In this document: in pieces, positions 22,961 to 31,772 of the stretch
Layout: every line of letters starts with the position of its first letter
How positions within the stretch are numbered: position 1 is the stretch's first letter
From: an uncultured Acidobacteriota bacterium
GTDB lineage: Bacteria; Acidobacteriota; Thermoanaerobaculia; Gp7-AA8
Direction of reading: 5' to 3'
NCBI GenBank assembly: GCA_963822445.1
Contig: CAWGHO010000002.1
Coordinates: 1,120,001 to 1,184,000 of the forward strand
DNA length: 64,000 nt
The notes under the pieces: model-generated
What the model was told of the DNA's origin: nothing
The model's database searches: none
Seen by the model: the letters and a program-made list of their open reading frames with translations, nothing else
Program-made: the position numbers and the translations under genes

Positions 22961-23437
22961 CTATTGTAGTGACTCAACCGCGCGTTTGATGGCAGGGCGA
23001 TCCATCATCACGAGCTCGACCTGCTCGAGTGCTACTTCCTTCACGAGGAAACCGGCCTGCACCAACTTCCGCACATCGGCCAGGTCTTTGACGTGACCGC
23101 GTTCGAGCCTGGCCAGGGTCTGCGCATAGAAGTCGAGATGGTGAAATGAAAGATCGCCTTCCCGCGCGATGAACGCACTGCGCTCCTGCCAACCGGGCGG
23201 CGCGAAACGCGGCAGCTCGCGATCGACGTTGACCCCAAGCTCATCACGCAGGCTCACGGCTGCGCGCAAGACATTGTCGTCGTCGGTGATCAGGTCAATG
23301 TCGATTGCAACGACGCGTAAACCAAGCAGCAAGAGCGACGCGCCACCAGTAACGTAAACGCGTCCCGATGCGCCGGACCGGGTACCAAGCTCGCGCAGAA
23401 AGTGATGGAGGATCGTGGCGTCTACCAGCTGACGCAT
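22961..23437 (-). CDS. DUF6036-like minimal nucleotidyltransferase
   Basis: VYVTGGAS...R...IDIDL pol-beta-type motif and RLERGHVKDLADV; 158 aa. Confidence 0.7.
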   Translation of the reverse strand: MRQLVDATILHHFLRELGTRSGASGRVYVTGGASLLLLGLRVVAIDIDLITDDDNVLRAAVSLRDELGVNVDRELPRFAPPGWQERSAFIAREGDLSFHHLDFYAQTLARLERGHVKDLADVRKLVQAGFLVKEVALEQVELVMMDRPAIKRAVESLQ

Positions 23438-23703
23438 TCGGCGGTCGACTCGAAACTGGCAAGCCTGCGGATCAACGCGTTGTATTTCGAGTGTGCGCCG
23501 TCCCCGTGAACATCAGCGAGTAGCGCGTAAAGCCGATTCTCGGGATAGTCCAGGGAATCCGGCACCTCCAGGCCGAGACGGCGCAAGCGCGGCCCGCCTA
23601 CAAGAACGAGCATTGCCTCGACAGATTCGAGCCCGTTCGCAAGATCACTCAGTCCCTCGCGAATGAGATCCGCGCCCGGCAACCTGTCGTCGATCTCGCG
23701 CAC
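23422..23703 (-). CDS. Small helical protein coupled to the nucleotidyltransferase
   Basis: 93 aa, LPGADLIREGLSDL...PRLRRLG...AHSKYNALIRRLASFE; overlaps the downstream start; own TATACT box. Confidence 0.72.
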   Translation of the reverse strand: MREIDDRLPGADLIREGLSDLANGLESVEAMLVLVGGPRLRRLGLEVPDSLDYPENRLYALLADVHGDGAHSKYNALIRRLASFESTAECVSW

Positions 23704-23719
23704 GAATCCGAGTATAGGG

Positions 23720-24859
23720 TCACACCCCGTCGAACGCGTTCTCGAGGTCCGCGATGACGTCCTCGACGTCCTCGATTCCCACCGAGATCCGCACCAATCC
23801 CGGCGTGATGCCCAGGCGGTGGCGCATCTCTTCCGGAACCGACCCGTGGGTCATGCTGCTCGGGTGGGAGATCAGCGTCTCCACGCCGCCGAGCGACTCC
23901 GCGAGGGAGCAGAGACGGACGCAGTCGAGGAACTTCTTGGCGTTCTCGTACGAACCGAGCTCGAACGAGATCATCGAGCCGAAGCCGTTCATCTGCTTCC
24001 TGGCCAGCTCGTGTTGCGGGTGGTCGGGAAGGCCGGGGTAGAAGACCTTCTTCGCCTTCGGCTGCCTGGCGATGTAATCGGCCACGGCCCGGCCGTTTTC
24101 TTCGTGCGCCTTCATCCGCACGGCCAGGGTCTTGATGCCGCGCAGGACCAGCCACGAATCGAACGGCGAGAGGATCGCGCCGACCGCGTTCTGCAGGAAG
24201 CCGATCTGTTCCGCGATCGCGTCGTCATTCGACACGACCACGCCGCCGACCGAATCCGAGTGCCCGTTGAGAAACTTCGTCGTCGAGTGCACGACGATGT
24301 CCGCGCCGAGCTCGATCGGCCGCTGCAGGTACGGCGAGCAGAACGTGTTGTCGACGACGACCAGCGCTCCGCCTTCGTGCGCCACATCGGCGCACGCGGC
24401 GAGATCGGTGATGGTCATCATCGGATTGGTCGGCGTCTCCAGGAACACGATCCGCGTGTTCGGCTTCATCGCAGACTTCACCGCGCCGGCGTTCGACGTA
24501 TCGACGTACGTGAACTGCAGGCCGTACTTTTCGAGCACGCGGCTGAACAGACGATACGAGCCGCCGTACATGTTCTCGCCGGCCACCACGTGATCGCCCG
24601 ACTTCAGCAGCCGGAAAACGGTATCGGTCGCCGACATCCCCGACGCGAAGCAGTGTCCGTGCTTTCCTTTTTCCAGCGCGGCGATGTTCGCTTCGAGCGC
24701 CGACCGCGTCGGATTCTTCGTCCGCGCGTATTCGTATCCCTTGTGTTTGCCGAGCTCCGGCTGCACGTAGGTCGAGGTCTGGTAGATGGGGATCGTGACC
24801 GCACCGGTCACCGGCTCCGGCTCCTGGCCGGCGTGAATGCAATCAGTTGAAAAGGCCAC
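23720..24859 (-). CDS. Cystathionine gamma-lyase/synthase (MccB/MetB family)
   Basis: PIYQTSTY, YEYARTKNPT, VDNTF, HSTTKFLNGHSD, AESLGGVE. Confidence 0.92.
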   Translation of the reverse strand: MAFSTDCIHAGQEPEPVTGAVTIPIYQTSTYVQPELGKHKGYEYARTKNPTRSALEANIAALEKGKHGHCFASGMSATDTVFRLLKSGDHVVAGENMYGGSYRLFSRVLEKYGLQFTYVDTSNAGAVKSAMKPNTRIVFLETPTNPMMTITDLAACADVAHEGGALVVVDNTFCSPYLQRPIELGADIVVHSTTKFLNGHSDSVGGVVVSNDDAIAEQIGFLQNAVGAILSPFDSWLVLRGIKTLAVRMKAHEENGRAVADYIARQPKAKKVFYPGLPDHPQHELARKQMNGFGSMISFELGSYENAKKFLDCVRLCSLAESLGGVETLISHPSSMTHGSVPEEMRHRLGITPGLVRISVGIEDVEDVIADLENAFDGV

Positions 24860-25813
24860 TCAAGACTCCTTGCGCCAGCGCGAGTAGATCCCCTTCGACA
24901 TGTAGCGCTCCGCGGCGTCGGGGATGATGGTGACGACGCGCTTGCCTTTGCCGAGGCGCTTCGCCACCTGGAGGGCGGCGGTGACATTCGCGCCGGCCGA
25001 GGATGCGCCGAGGATTCCTTCTTCGACGGCCAGGCGCGCGACCATGTCGAAGGCGGGATCGTCGTCGACGCCGATCACGTCGTTTGCGAGAGACATGTCC
25101 AGTACCGGCGGCACGAACGTCGAGGCGCCGATCCCCTCCACTTCATGCGGGCCGGCCTCGCCGCCTTTCAGAATCGAGCCCTGGGGCTCGACGATGTAGC
25201 ACTCGACGGCGGGCAGGCGCTCGCGCAGATAGCGCGCCACGCCGGTGAACGTCCCGCCGGTTCCCGCGCCGGCAAGCCACGCATCGACGCGGCCTTCCAT
25301 CTGCTCGAAGATCTCCGGTCCGGTCGTCTCGTAGTGCGATTCGGTGTTGAACGGATTCGCGAACTGCTGCGGCACGTACGCGCCTTCGATCTCGCTCGCG
25401 AGCTCCTGGGCCTTGGCGATGGCCGCCTTCATCCCCAGGTCTTTCGGCGTGAGGATGACTTCGCCGCCGAGGGCCTTCATCACTTCGCGCTTTTCGATGG
25501 AGAAGTTCTCCGGGACGCAGAGGATGACCCGATAGCCCTTCTGCACGCCGGCCAGCGCGAGGGCAACGCCGGTGTTGCCCGCCGTCGGCTCGATGATCGT
25601 GCCGCCGGGCTTCAGCAGTCCGGCACGTTCCGCGCGCTCGATCATCCCGACGCCGATGCGGTCTTTGACCGAAAGGCCGGGACTCATGAACTCCATCTTC
25701 ACGAAGATGTCGGCGTCCTCCGCGCCGGCGATGCGGCGCAGGCGCACCATCGGCGTGTTGCCGATGAGATCGAGGACGGAGTCGACGACGGGAGGGGCGG
25801 AGCGGCGGGTCAA
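24860..25813 (-). CDS. Cysteine-synthase-family PLP enzyme, MccA / O-acetylserine-dependent cystathionine beta-synthase-like
   Basis: SVKDRIG, EPTAGNTG, GAGTGGT, HEVEGIG; directly upstream of the gamma-lyase; TTG start. Confidence 0.88.
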   Translation of the reverse strand: MTRRSAPPVVDSVLDLIGNTPMVRLRRIAGAEDADIFVKMEFMSPGLSVKDRIGVGMIERAERAGLLKPGGTIIEPTAGNTGVALALAGVQKGYRVILCVPENFSIEKREVMKALGGEVILTPKDLGMKAAIAKAQELASEIEGAYVPQQFANPFNTESHYETTGPEIFEQMEGRVDAWLAGAGTGGTFTGVARYLRERLPAVECYIVEPQGSILKGGEAGPHEVEGIGASTFVPPVLDMSLANDVIGVDDDPAFDMVARLAVEEGILGASSAGANVTAALQVAKRLGKGKRVVTIIPDAAERYMSKGIYSRWRKES

Positions 25814-25832
25814 GCGGCGGGGATTCTAGCGG

Positions 25833-25866
25833 AAAAAACAAACGGCCCGCGTTTCCGCGGGCCGTT
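25833..25866 (-). terminator. Intrinsic terminator after the zinc-ribbon gene
   Basis: AACGGCCCGCG-GAAA-CGCGGGCCGTT followed by TGTTTTTT on the minus strand. Confidence 0.85.
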
Positions 25867-25897
25867 CACTCGTCGATTCGTTTTGTTGGGGGGATTC

Positions 25898-26218
25898 TTA
25901 CGCCCAGCTCGAAGGGCGGCTGTTCGAGCGGCGCTGGTTATAGCAATCGCGGCAGTACACAGGCTTCCCGCTGACCGGGGTGAACGGCACCTCGGTCGGG
26001 ATGCCGCAGCTGTCGCAGGTGACGCTCACCATCTGACGGGTGCGGCCTTCGCCGCCGTTTCCGTCGCGGGCGGTCTTCCGTTTGTCGCGGCAGTTCTTGC
26101 AACGCTTCGGCTCGTTGGTAAAGCCACGCTCGGCGTAGAACGCCTGTTCATTGCGGCTGAAGACGAACTCCTGACCGCAGTCGGCACAATTGAGGGACTT
26201 GTCGTTGAAAGTGTCCAT
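25898..26218 (-). CDS. Double zinc-ribbon protein (zf-trcl plus CxxC-x17-CxxC)
   Basis: CADCGQEFVFS..EQAFY..RGF...PKRCKNCR and CDSCG...VPF.P...KPVYCRDC; AGGAG SD. Confidence 0.9.
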   Translation of the reverse strand: MDTFNDKSLNCADCGQEFVFSRNEQAFYAERGFTNEPKRCKNCRDKRKTARDGNGGEGRTRQMVSVTCDSCGIPTEVPFTPVSGKPVYCRDCYNQRRSNSRPSSWA

Positions 26219-26503
26219 GAAACCTTGATCTCCTAACGGTTTGTTGCGAGTGATGACGGGTGCCGCAGCGGGTAAGTCATGTGCGGGGGCCGCGACCTGC
26301 CCCGCTGTGTTGGTGAGGACAACGGTGCGTTACGAATCGACCCCCTTCCGAGCTACGGAAACAAAGCAATCCCCAAACGAACGCCGCTGTCCGATGTGGG
26401 GAAGTATTCGCATTGGTTTCCGGTGCTCGACTTTTAGCATAGCCACCTGGTCGAAGCAACGAATTACCGGCTTCTCAAAATAAGCATGTCAAGGTATTGA
26501 CCA

Positions 26504-27343
26504 TTGAAAAACGGCAACTCGATTCGCGTCGGGCCGGCGGGCTGGAGCTACACGGATTGGGAAGGAACCGTGTACCCGAAGCACGGCTCGAAGTTCGATC
26601 ACCTGGCCTATCTTTCGTCGTTCTTCGACACCATCGAGATCAACTCGCCGTTCTACCGGATCCCTCCTCCGTCGCATGCGAAGAGCTGGGTCCGCCGCGT
26701 CTCCGGCAACCCCGATTTCAAGTTCACGACGAAAGTCTTCCGCGGGTTCACGCATGACAAAGCGACATTCACCGCGACCGACATCAAGGCTTTCCGCGAC
26801 TATCTCGATCCGCTGATGGACGCGAATCGCCTCGGCGCGATCCTTCTGCAGTTCCCCTGGAGCTTCAAGAACTCGCCGGAAGCCTGCGCGAAACTGGAAA
26901 CGCTCTTCGACGCGTTCAAGGGATATCCGCGCGCGCTGGAAGTGCGGCATTCCACGTTTCAGAACGAGGAGTTCTTCCGCTTTCTCGACGAGCACGACGT
27001 CGCCTGGGTGAATGTCGATCAGCCGCTGTTCGACAACTCCGTCAAGCCATCGGACACCGTCACCGGCCCGCTGGCGTACGCGCGGTTCCACGGCCGCAAC
27101 TACGAGAAGTGGTTCGCGCACGAAGAGTCATGGGAGCGCTACAACTACCTCTACTCGGAGAAGGAGCTCGAGCCGTGGGTCGCGCGGATCGAGAACATGG
27201 CCAGGAGCAAGGAAACGTTCGTGATCACCAACAATCACTTCCGCGGCCAGGCCATCGTCAATGCCGGGGAGCTGAAGGAAGCGCTCGGGCAGGAAGGAAA
27301 GCTGCCGCCGCAGTTGAAAGAGGTCTATCCCGATCGCGGCTAA
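26504..27343 (+). CDS. DUF72 (YecE-like) protein
   Basis: GPAGWSYTDW, EINSPFY, LLQFPWSF, EVRH, YARFHGRN, YNYLYS. Confidence 0.9.
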   Translation: MKNGNSIRVGPAGWSYTDWEGTVYPKHGSKFDHLAYLSSFFDTIEINSPFYRIPPPSHAKSWVRRVSGNPDFKFTTKVFRGFTHDKATFTATDIKAFRDYLDPLMDANRLGAILLQFPWSFKNSPEACAKLETLFDAFKGYPRALEVRHSTFQNEEFFRFLDEHDVAWVNVDQPLFDNSVKPSDTVTGPLAYARFHGRNYEKWFAHEESWERYNYLYSEKELEPWVARIENMARSKETFVITNNHFRGQAIVNAGELKEALGQEGKLPPQLKEVYPDRG

Positions 27344-28029
27344 CGTCCCACGAAATCGAAGATCTTTTCCGTCTTCGGCCCCAGGGGTGTCCGTTCCGGA
27401 TTGACGCCGCAGATCTCCTGCACCTGCTTCTTGAACCACATCGCGAACGGATCGGCGGCACGCGCAACGCGATCCGCTGTCTGCAACGGATCGGGCATCG
27501 CCCCGACGGCGATGGCGATCGGGCCGTGGTCGGTCTGCTGCACGTACCAGGCTGCGCGAACTCCCATCTGCTCGTAAAACGCGCGCGTCTCGTCGGGTCG
27601 CTGATGCAACTGATCGACGAGCTCTTCGATGGCCTCGCGGCTCTTCAGCGGATAGGCACGAACGACCAGCGGCTCGCCGTGACTGATGCGGGCGCCGCCG
27701 CCGGAGTCGAACACGAGGTCGGTTGGCGGTCCAAGCGGTGTGACGTTCGGGTCGACGCCGGTCACGTCCATGACGCGCTGTTTGAACCAGGCCGCGAATC
27801 CTTCGCGGGCCGCGGCGTACTCGTCCGCGTTCTCGCGCACCGGCTCCTGCGCCTCGGTCACACCGATGACGATGTCGCCGTAATCCCAGCTCTGAAAGAA
27901 CCAGGCCTCGCGGGTGATGCCGAAGCTGTCGAAGAACTGCCGGGCCTCGTCGGCCCGCTCGTTCAATTCGCGAGCGAACTGCTCGACTGCCGCGCGACTC
28001 CGAACGGAAAACGCACGCACGATCAGCAT
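27340..28029 (-). CDS. Hypothetical protein made of two homologous ~110-aa halves
   Basis: Both halves read VRA..SR.A.E....L..R.DE.R.F...G...AW..Q ... F..WFK..V....GV.P..TPLGP.T...FD. Confidence 0.8.
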   Translation of the reverse strand: MLIVRAFSVRSRAAVEQFARELNERADEARQFFDSFGITREAWFFQSWDYGDIVIGVTEAQEPVRENADEYAAAREGFAAWFKQRVMDVTGVDPNVTPLGPPTDLVFDSGGGARISHGEPLVVRAYPLKSREAIEELVDQLHQRPDETRAFYEQMGVRAAWYVQQTDHGPIAIAVGAMPDPLQTADRVARAADPFAMWFKKQVQEICGVNPERTPLGPKTEKIFDFVGR

Positions 28030-28085
28030 CTGTGCCGGACCTCCACCTCTCCGGCGCAGTATCGCACGCGGTAGGATGCGCGGCC

Positions 28086-29966
28086 ATGCCTCGAAAGAAG
28101 CGCGTCGTGGGCACTGCCGGCCACATCGATCACGGCAAGACCTCTCTCGTGCGCGCGCTCACCGGAATCGACACCGACCGCCTTCCCGAAGAGAAGCGCC
28201 GCGGCATCACCATCGACCTCGGATTCGCGAGCTGGTTCACCGACGACTACCAGATCGGCTTCATCGACGTCCCCGGCCACGAGCGCTTCGTGAAGAACAT
28301 GCTGGCCGGCATCGGCGGCATCGACAGCGCGTTGCTCGTCGTCGCGGCGGACGAATCGATCAAGCCGCAGACGCGCGAGCATTTCGCGATCTGCCGCCTG
28401 CTCGGCATTCCCACGGGCGTCATCGCCATCACGAAGAGCGACCTCGTCGAGCGCGACATCCTCGAGCTGGTCCGGCTGGAGATCGAAGACCTCGTCGTCG
28501 GCAGCTTTCTGCATGGAAAGCCGATCGTGCCGGTCAGCAGCACCACCGGTGCCGGTCTCGACGATCTCCGCAAAGCGCTGCTCGAATCGGTGGCGGGCGT
28601 CGACGATCGCGATGCGACGACGCGCGTGTTCCGCCTCCCGATCGATCGCGTGTTCACGATGAAAGGCTTCGGCTCGGTGATCACCGGCACGACGTACAGC
28701 GGCCGGGTGAAAGTCGAAGACGAAGTGGAAGCGCTGCCGGGCAGCCTTCGCAGCCGCGCCCGGGCGATTCAGGTTCACCGCGAAGCGCGCAACGAGGCTT
28801 CGGCCGGCGAGCGCACGTCGATGAACCTCGCCGACATCGCGCTCGAGGACCTGCGCCGCGGCCAGCAGCTCGTGCACGTCGGGACGTTGCGTCCTTCGCA
28901 GATCATCACCGCCCGCGTCGATCTGCTGCACGACGCGAAACCGCTCGAAGAACAGACGCGGATTCGTTTCCACCACTTGTCGGCGGAGCTGCTCGGAACG
29001 CTGCGCTTCGTCGACGACACCGGCAAAGCCATTCAGCCCGGCACGAGCGCGTTCGTGCAGTTTCGTCTCGAGTCGCCCGTGGTTGCTGTGGCGGGCGATC
29101 GCTTCGTCATCCGCCGTTACTCGCCGGCGACGACGATCGGCGGCGGCCAGATTCTCGATGCGCACCTGCCCAAGCTCAGCCGCCGCACGCGCCGCGAATT
29201 GCTGGAAACGCTCGAAGACGGCTCCCTGCCGGCGCGCGTGGAGCTCATGGCGAAGCTGCAGGGACTGCGCGGATTGACGATGGAGGAAGTGCAGGTGCGG
29301 ACGGGCATCCGCACGGCGACGCTCGCGAAAGAGCTGAAGAAGGTGCCGAACGTTGCCGACGTCGGCGGCGCGCGCTGGATTCACAACGACGTTCTCACCG
29401 ACTTCCGCCGCCGCTCGATGGACTTCCTCGAGAATTACTTCAAGGAAAACAAGGTCGCCTCGAACGTGCCCAAGGGCGAGTTCGTGCAGAAGCTGATTCC
29501 CAGCGGCGCGCCGGTCAACTTCCTCCTCGCCGATCTCGCCAGCGAGCGCATTGCCGTCGTGCAGGGCGACGCCCTGGACATCCCCGGCCGCTCGAAAACC
29601 CTCGGCGGCGCGGAAGGTGAGCTGGCGCGGGCGATTGAATCGCGTTACGCCGAAGCCGGACTGCAGACGCCCGCGACCTCGGAGATCATCAAAGCGATTC
29701 CCCAGAAGCCGAAGGTGATCGAGGGCGTGATCGCCTACCTCGTGAAACAGGGAATCATCGTGCGACTCGCGGAAGGCGTGTACCTGCACCGGGACACGCT
29801 CAGCGCCGCGCGGGAGAAGCTGGCTGCGAAGAAGGGCGAGACGATCGACGTCGGCGAGTTCAAGGATTTTTTCGGAATCTCGCGGAAGGTGGCCATTCCG
29901 CTGCTGGAGTATCTCGATCAGCAGGGAGTGACGAAGAGGATCGGGGATTCACGAAAGGTCGTTTAG
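28086..29966 (+). CDS. selB: Selenocysteine-specific elongation factor
   Basis: [33 protein letters not shown]-terminal winged-helix [13 protein letters not shown]...TKRIGD.R. Confidence 0.95.
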   Translation: MPRKKRVVGTAGHIDHGKTSLVRALTGIDTDRLPEEKRRGITIDLGFASWFTDDYQIGFIDVPGHERFVKNMLAGIGGIDSALLVVAADESIKPQTREHFAICRLLGIPTGVIAITKSDLVERDILELVRLEIEDLVVGSFLHGKPIVPVSSTTGAGLDDLRKALLESVAGVDDRDATTRVFRLPIDRVFTMKGFGSVITGTTYSGRVKVEDEVEALPGSLRSRARAIQVHREARNEASAGERTSMNLADIALEDLRRGQQLVHVGTLRPSQIITARVDLLHDAKPLEEQTRIRFHHLSAELLGTLRFVDDTGKAIQPGTSAFVQFRLESPVVAVAGDRFVIRRYSPATTIGGGQILDAHLPKLSRRTRRELLETLEDGSLPARVELMAKLQGLRGLTMEEVQVRTGIRTATLAKELKKVPNVADVGGARWIHNDVLTDFRRRSMDFLENYFKENKVASNVPKGEFVQKLIPSGAPVNFLLADLASERIAVVQGDALDIPGRSKTLGGAEGELARAIESRYAEAGLQTPATSEIIKAIPQKPKVIEGVIAYLVKQGIIVRLAEGVYLHRDTLSAAREKLAAKKGETIDVGEFKDFFGISRKVAIPLLEYLDQQGVTKRIGDSRKVV

Positions 29967-30602
29967 TAGCGCCATCACGCGCTCCGTCACCCGATCGCAC
30001 CGCCCACTCCCGAACGGATACACCGCCTGCAACGTCTCTCCCGCGCGTCGCGCGATTCCATCGCGAACCATCGCTCGCGCGCGATGCAACCGCGTCTTCA
30101 CCACATCCTCAGAAACACTGAGCGCCTCCGCGGCCTCGGCAGTGCTCAACCCTTCGACATCGCGCAGCACGAGCACCGTTCGGTAAGTCGCCGGCAGTGC
30201 GGCCAGCTCCATCTCCATCACTTCGCGCATCTGGGACGCCTGGGCCTGTTGTTCCGGGTCGGGAGCGTTCGATTGCAGTTCCATGTCTTCGATTTCCCAC
30301 TCCGCGCGGCCCCGTTTGCGCAGACGCGCCAGCGCTTCGTTCACCGCGATCCGGATCAGCCACGTCGAGAACTGTGCGCGCTCGGCGAACTGGCCGAGGT
30401 GGGCGAAGGCGTTGAGGTAGGCCTGCTGCATTGCGTCTTCGACCTCGTCGTCCGTTCTCAGCACGGAGCGCACAGCGCGGTAAACCCGCTGGTTGTAGCG
30501 GCGGATGAGAATCTCGAACAGCGCCGTGTCGCCGTCGAGGACGCGCCGGACGACGTCCGCGTCGGAGAGCTGATCGGTGGCGATGGCTGGAAGAACGCTC
30601 AT
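29949..30602 (-). CDS. ECF sigma factor with C-terminal RCD extension, no adjacent anti-sigma
   Basis: FSTWLIRIAVNEAL, VLRDVEGLS, VKTRLHRAR, tail YPFGSGRCDRV. Confidence 0.9.
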   Translation of the reverse strand: MSVLPAIATDQLSDADVVRRVLDGDTALFEILIRRYNQRVYRAVRSVLRTDDEVEDAMQQAYLNAFAHLGQFAERAQFSTWLIRIAVNEALARLRKRGRAEWEIEDMELQSNAPDPEQQAQASQMREVMEMELAALPATYRTVLVLRDVEGLSTAEAAEALSVSEDVVKTRLHRARAMVRDGIARRAGETLQAVYPFGSGRCDRVTERVMALLNDLS

Positions 30603-30607
30603 GACTG

Positions 30608-30667
30608 ATTGGAGTCCCGCCGCGCGAAAAGGTGACAGGTCACCAAATCGCGCCCGTCCACTCTGAT
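30608..30667. promoter_or_regulatory. Mirror-image pair of candidate ECF promoters
   Basis: Plus GTCACC-N15-ACTCTGAT and minus GTCACC-N15-ACTCCAAT around the palindrome GGTGAC-AG-GTCACC. Confidence 0.65.
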
Positions 30668-30688
30668 GGTGGCAGGAGGAAAAATCCA

Positions 30689-31084
30689 ATGAATCGACAC
30701 CTTGAGTCCGCATGGTGGACGCTGCGCATCGCGTTCGGGGCAACAGCTTTCCTGGCCGGTCTCGACAAGTTCTTCAATCTGCTCGCCGACTGGGAGGCCT
30801 ACGTGAGCCCGCTCATGACCAGCATCCTGCCGCTCTCGGCAGGCGTACTGATGCGGGTTGCGGGCGTGATCGAAATGATCGCCGGCATCGCCGTTCTCGC
30901 CGGTCTGACTCGCCTCGGCGGCTACGTGATCGCCGGCTGGCTCACGCTGATCGCCATCTCGCTGGTGACCACCGGACACTACTTCGACGTCGCGGTTCGC
31001 GACCTGGTGATGGCCGCGGGTGCGTTCACGCTCGCGCGGATCAGCGAGACGCGGGAGACTTCGCCGGCACCGGCTTCGGCGTGA
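30689..31084 (+). CDS. DoxX-like membrane protein
   Basis: LRIAFG..AFLAGLDKF, GVIEMIAG, DVAVRD; AGGAGG SD. Confidence 0.8.
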   Translation: MNRHLESAWWTLRIAFGATAFLAGLDKFFNLLADWEAYVSPLMTSILPLSAGVLMRVAGVIEMIAGIAVLAGLTRLGGYVIAGWLTLIAISLVTTGHYFDVAVRDLVMAAGAFTLARISETRETSPAPASA

Positions 31085-31772
31085 GATCGCGATAGTCGCG
31101 GGGAATGGTGAGCATCGCCTCCGGCACCTGCCGCGGGGCGATGCCGATGACCGCGCGGTCGATCACGCTCTTGCCCTTGCCGAACGGCAGCTCCGCCTTG
31201 TCGGCGAGCGGAAACCCGCGTGCGCGCAGCAACTCTTCATCGACGCGCTGCATGATCGGCGCGAGCGGCGACGCCGGCGGATCGCTGGCCAGCATCATCG
31301 CGAACAGCCCGTCGGGAATTGACGGGTGATCGCCGATCCAGAGCTCGCGGCGATACGCGCCGACCTCGATCACCGTCTGCTGCGCGTTCACGCCGTTCAT
31401 CGTCTTCCGCGAGCCGTGTGTCAGCTTCGCGCGCGGGTAGTGCGAGGGAATCGCCGCGGCGAGCGTGGCGCGGCGTCGATTGAGGAGCGTCTCCACTGAC
31501 TCCGTGCGAAAGGTCTTGTCGATGTCATCGACGAACGTGACGGTGTTCGCCTTCGTGTCGAAGAGCCGCCAGACGTCCTGCTCGCCGGTGCTGCGCGCGC
31601 GGCCGTTGGCGATGACGATCTCGTGATTCGTGGTCTGTTCGCCGATCGCCGTCCGGACGGTGACGACGGTCGCCGCAAGCTGCGGCCCGGCCCCCGGTTT
31701 TGGAGGCGGCTTCGGGGCGGGCTTGCACGCGATGGCGATCGCGAGGAGAAGTAGAAGAAGTCGGTGGCTCAC
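31041..31772 (-). CDS. Lipoprotein, DUF4412-like beta-rich
   Basis: Signal peptide with IAC lipobox, then beta-rich chain ending LTIPRDY. Confidence 0.65.
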   Translation of the reverse strand: MSHRLLLLLLAIAIACKPAPKPPPKPGAGPQLAATVVTVRTAIGEQTTNHEIVIANGRARSTGEQDVWRLFDTKANTVTFVDDIDKTFRTESVETLLNRRRATLAAAIPSHYPRAKLTHGSRKTMNGVNAQQTVIEVGAYRRELWIGDHPSIPDGLFAMMLASDPPASPLAPIMQRVDEELLRARGFPLADKAELPFGKGKSVIDRAVIGIAPRQVPEAMLTIPRDYRDLTPKPVPAKSPASR

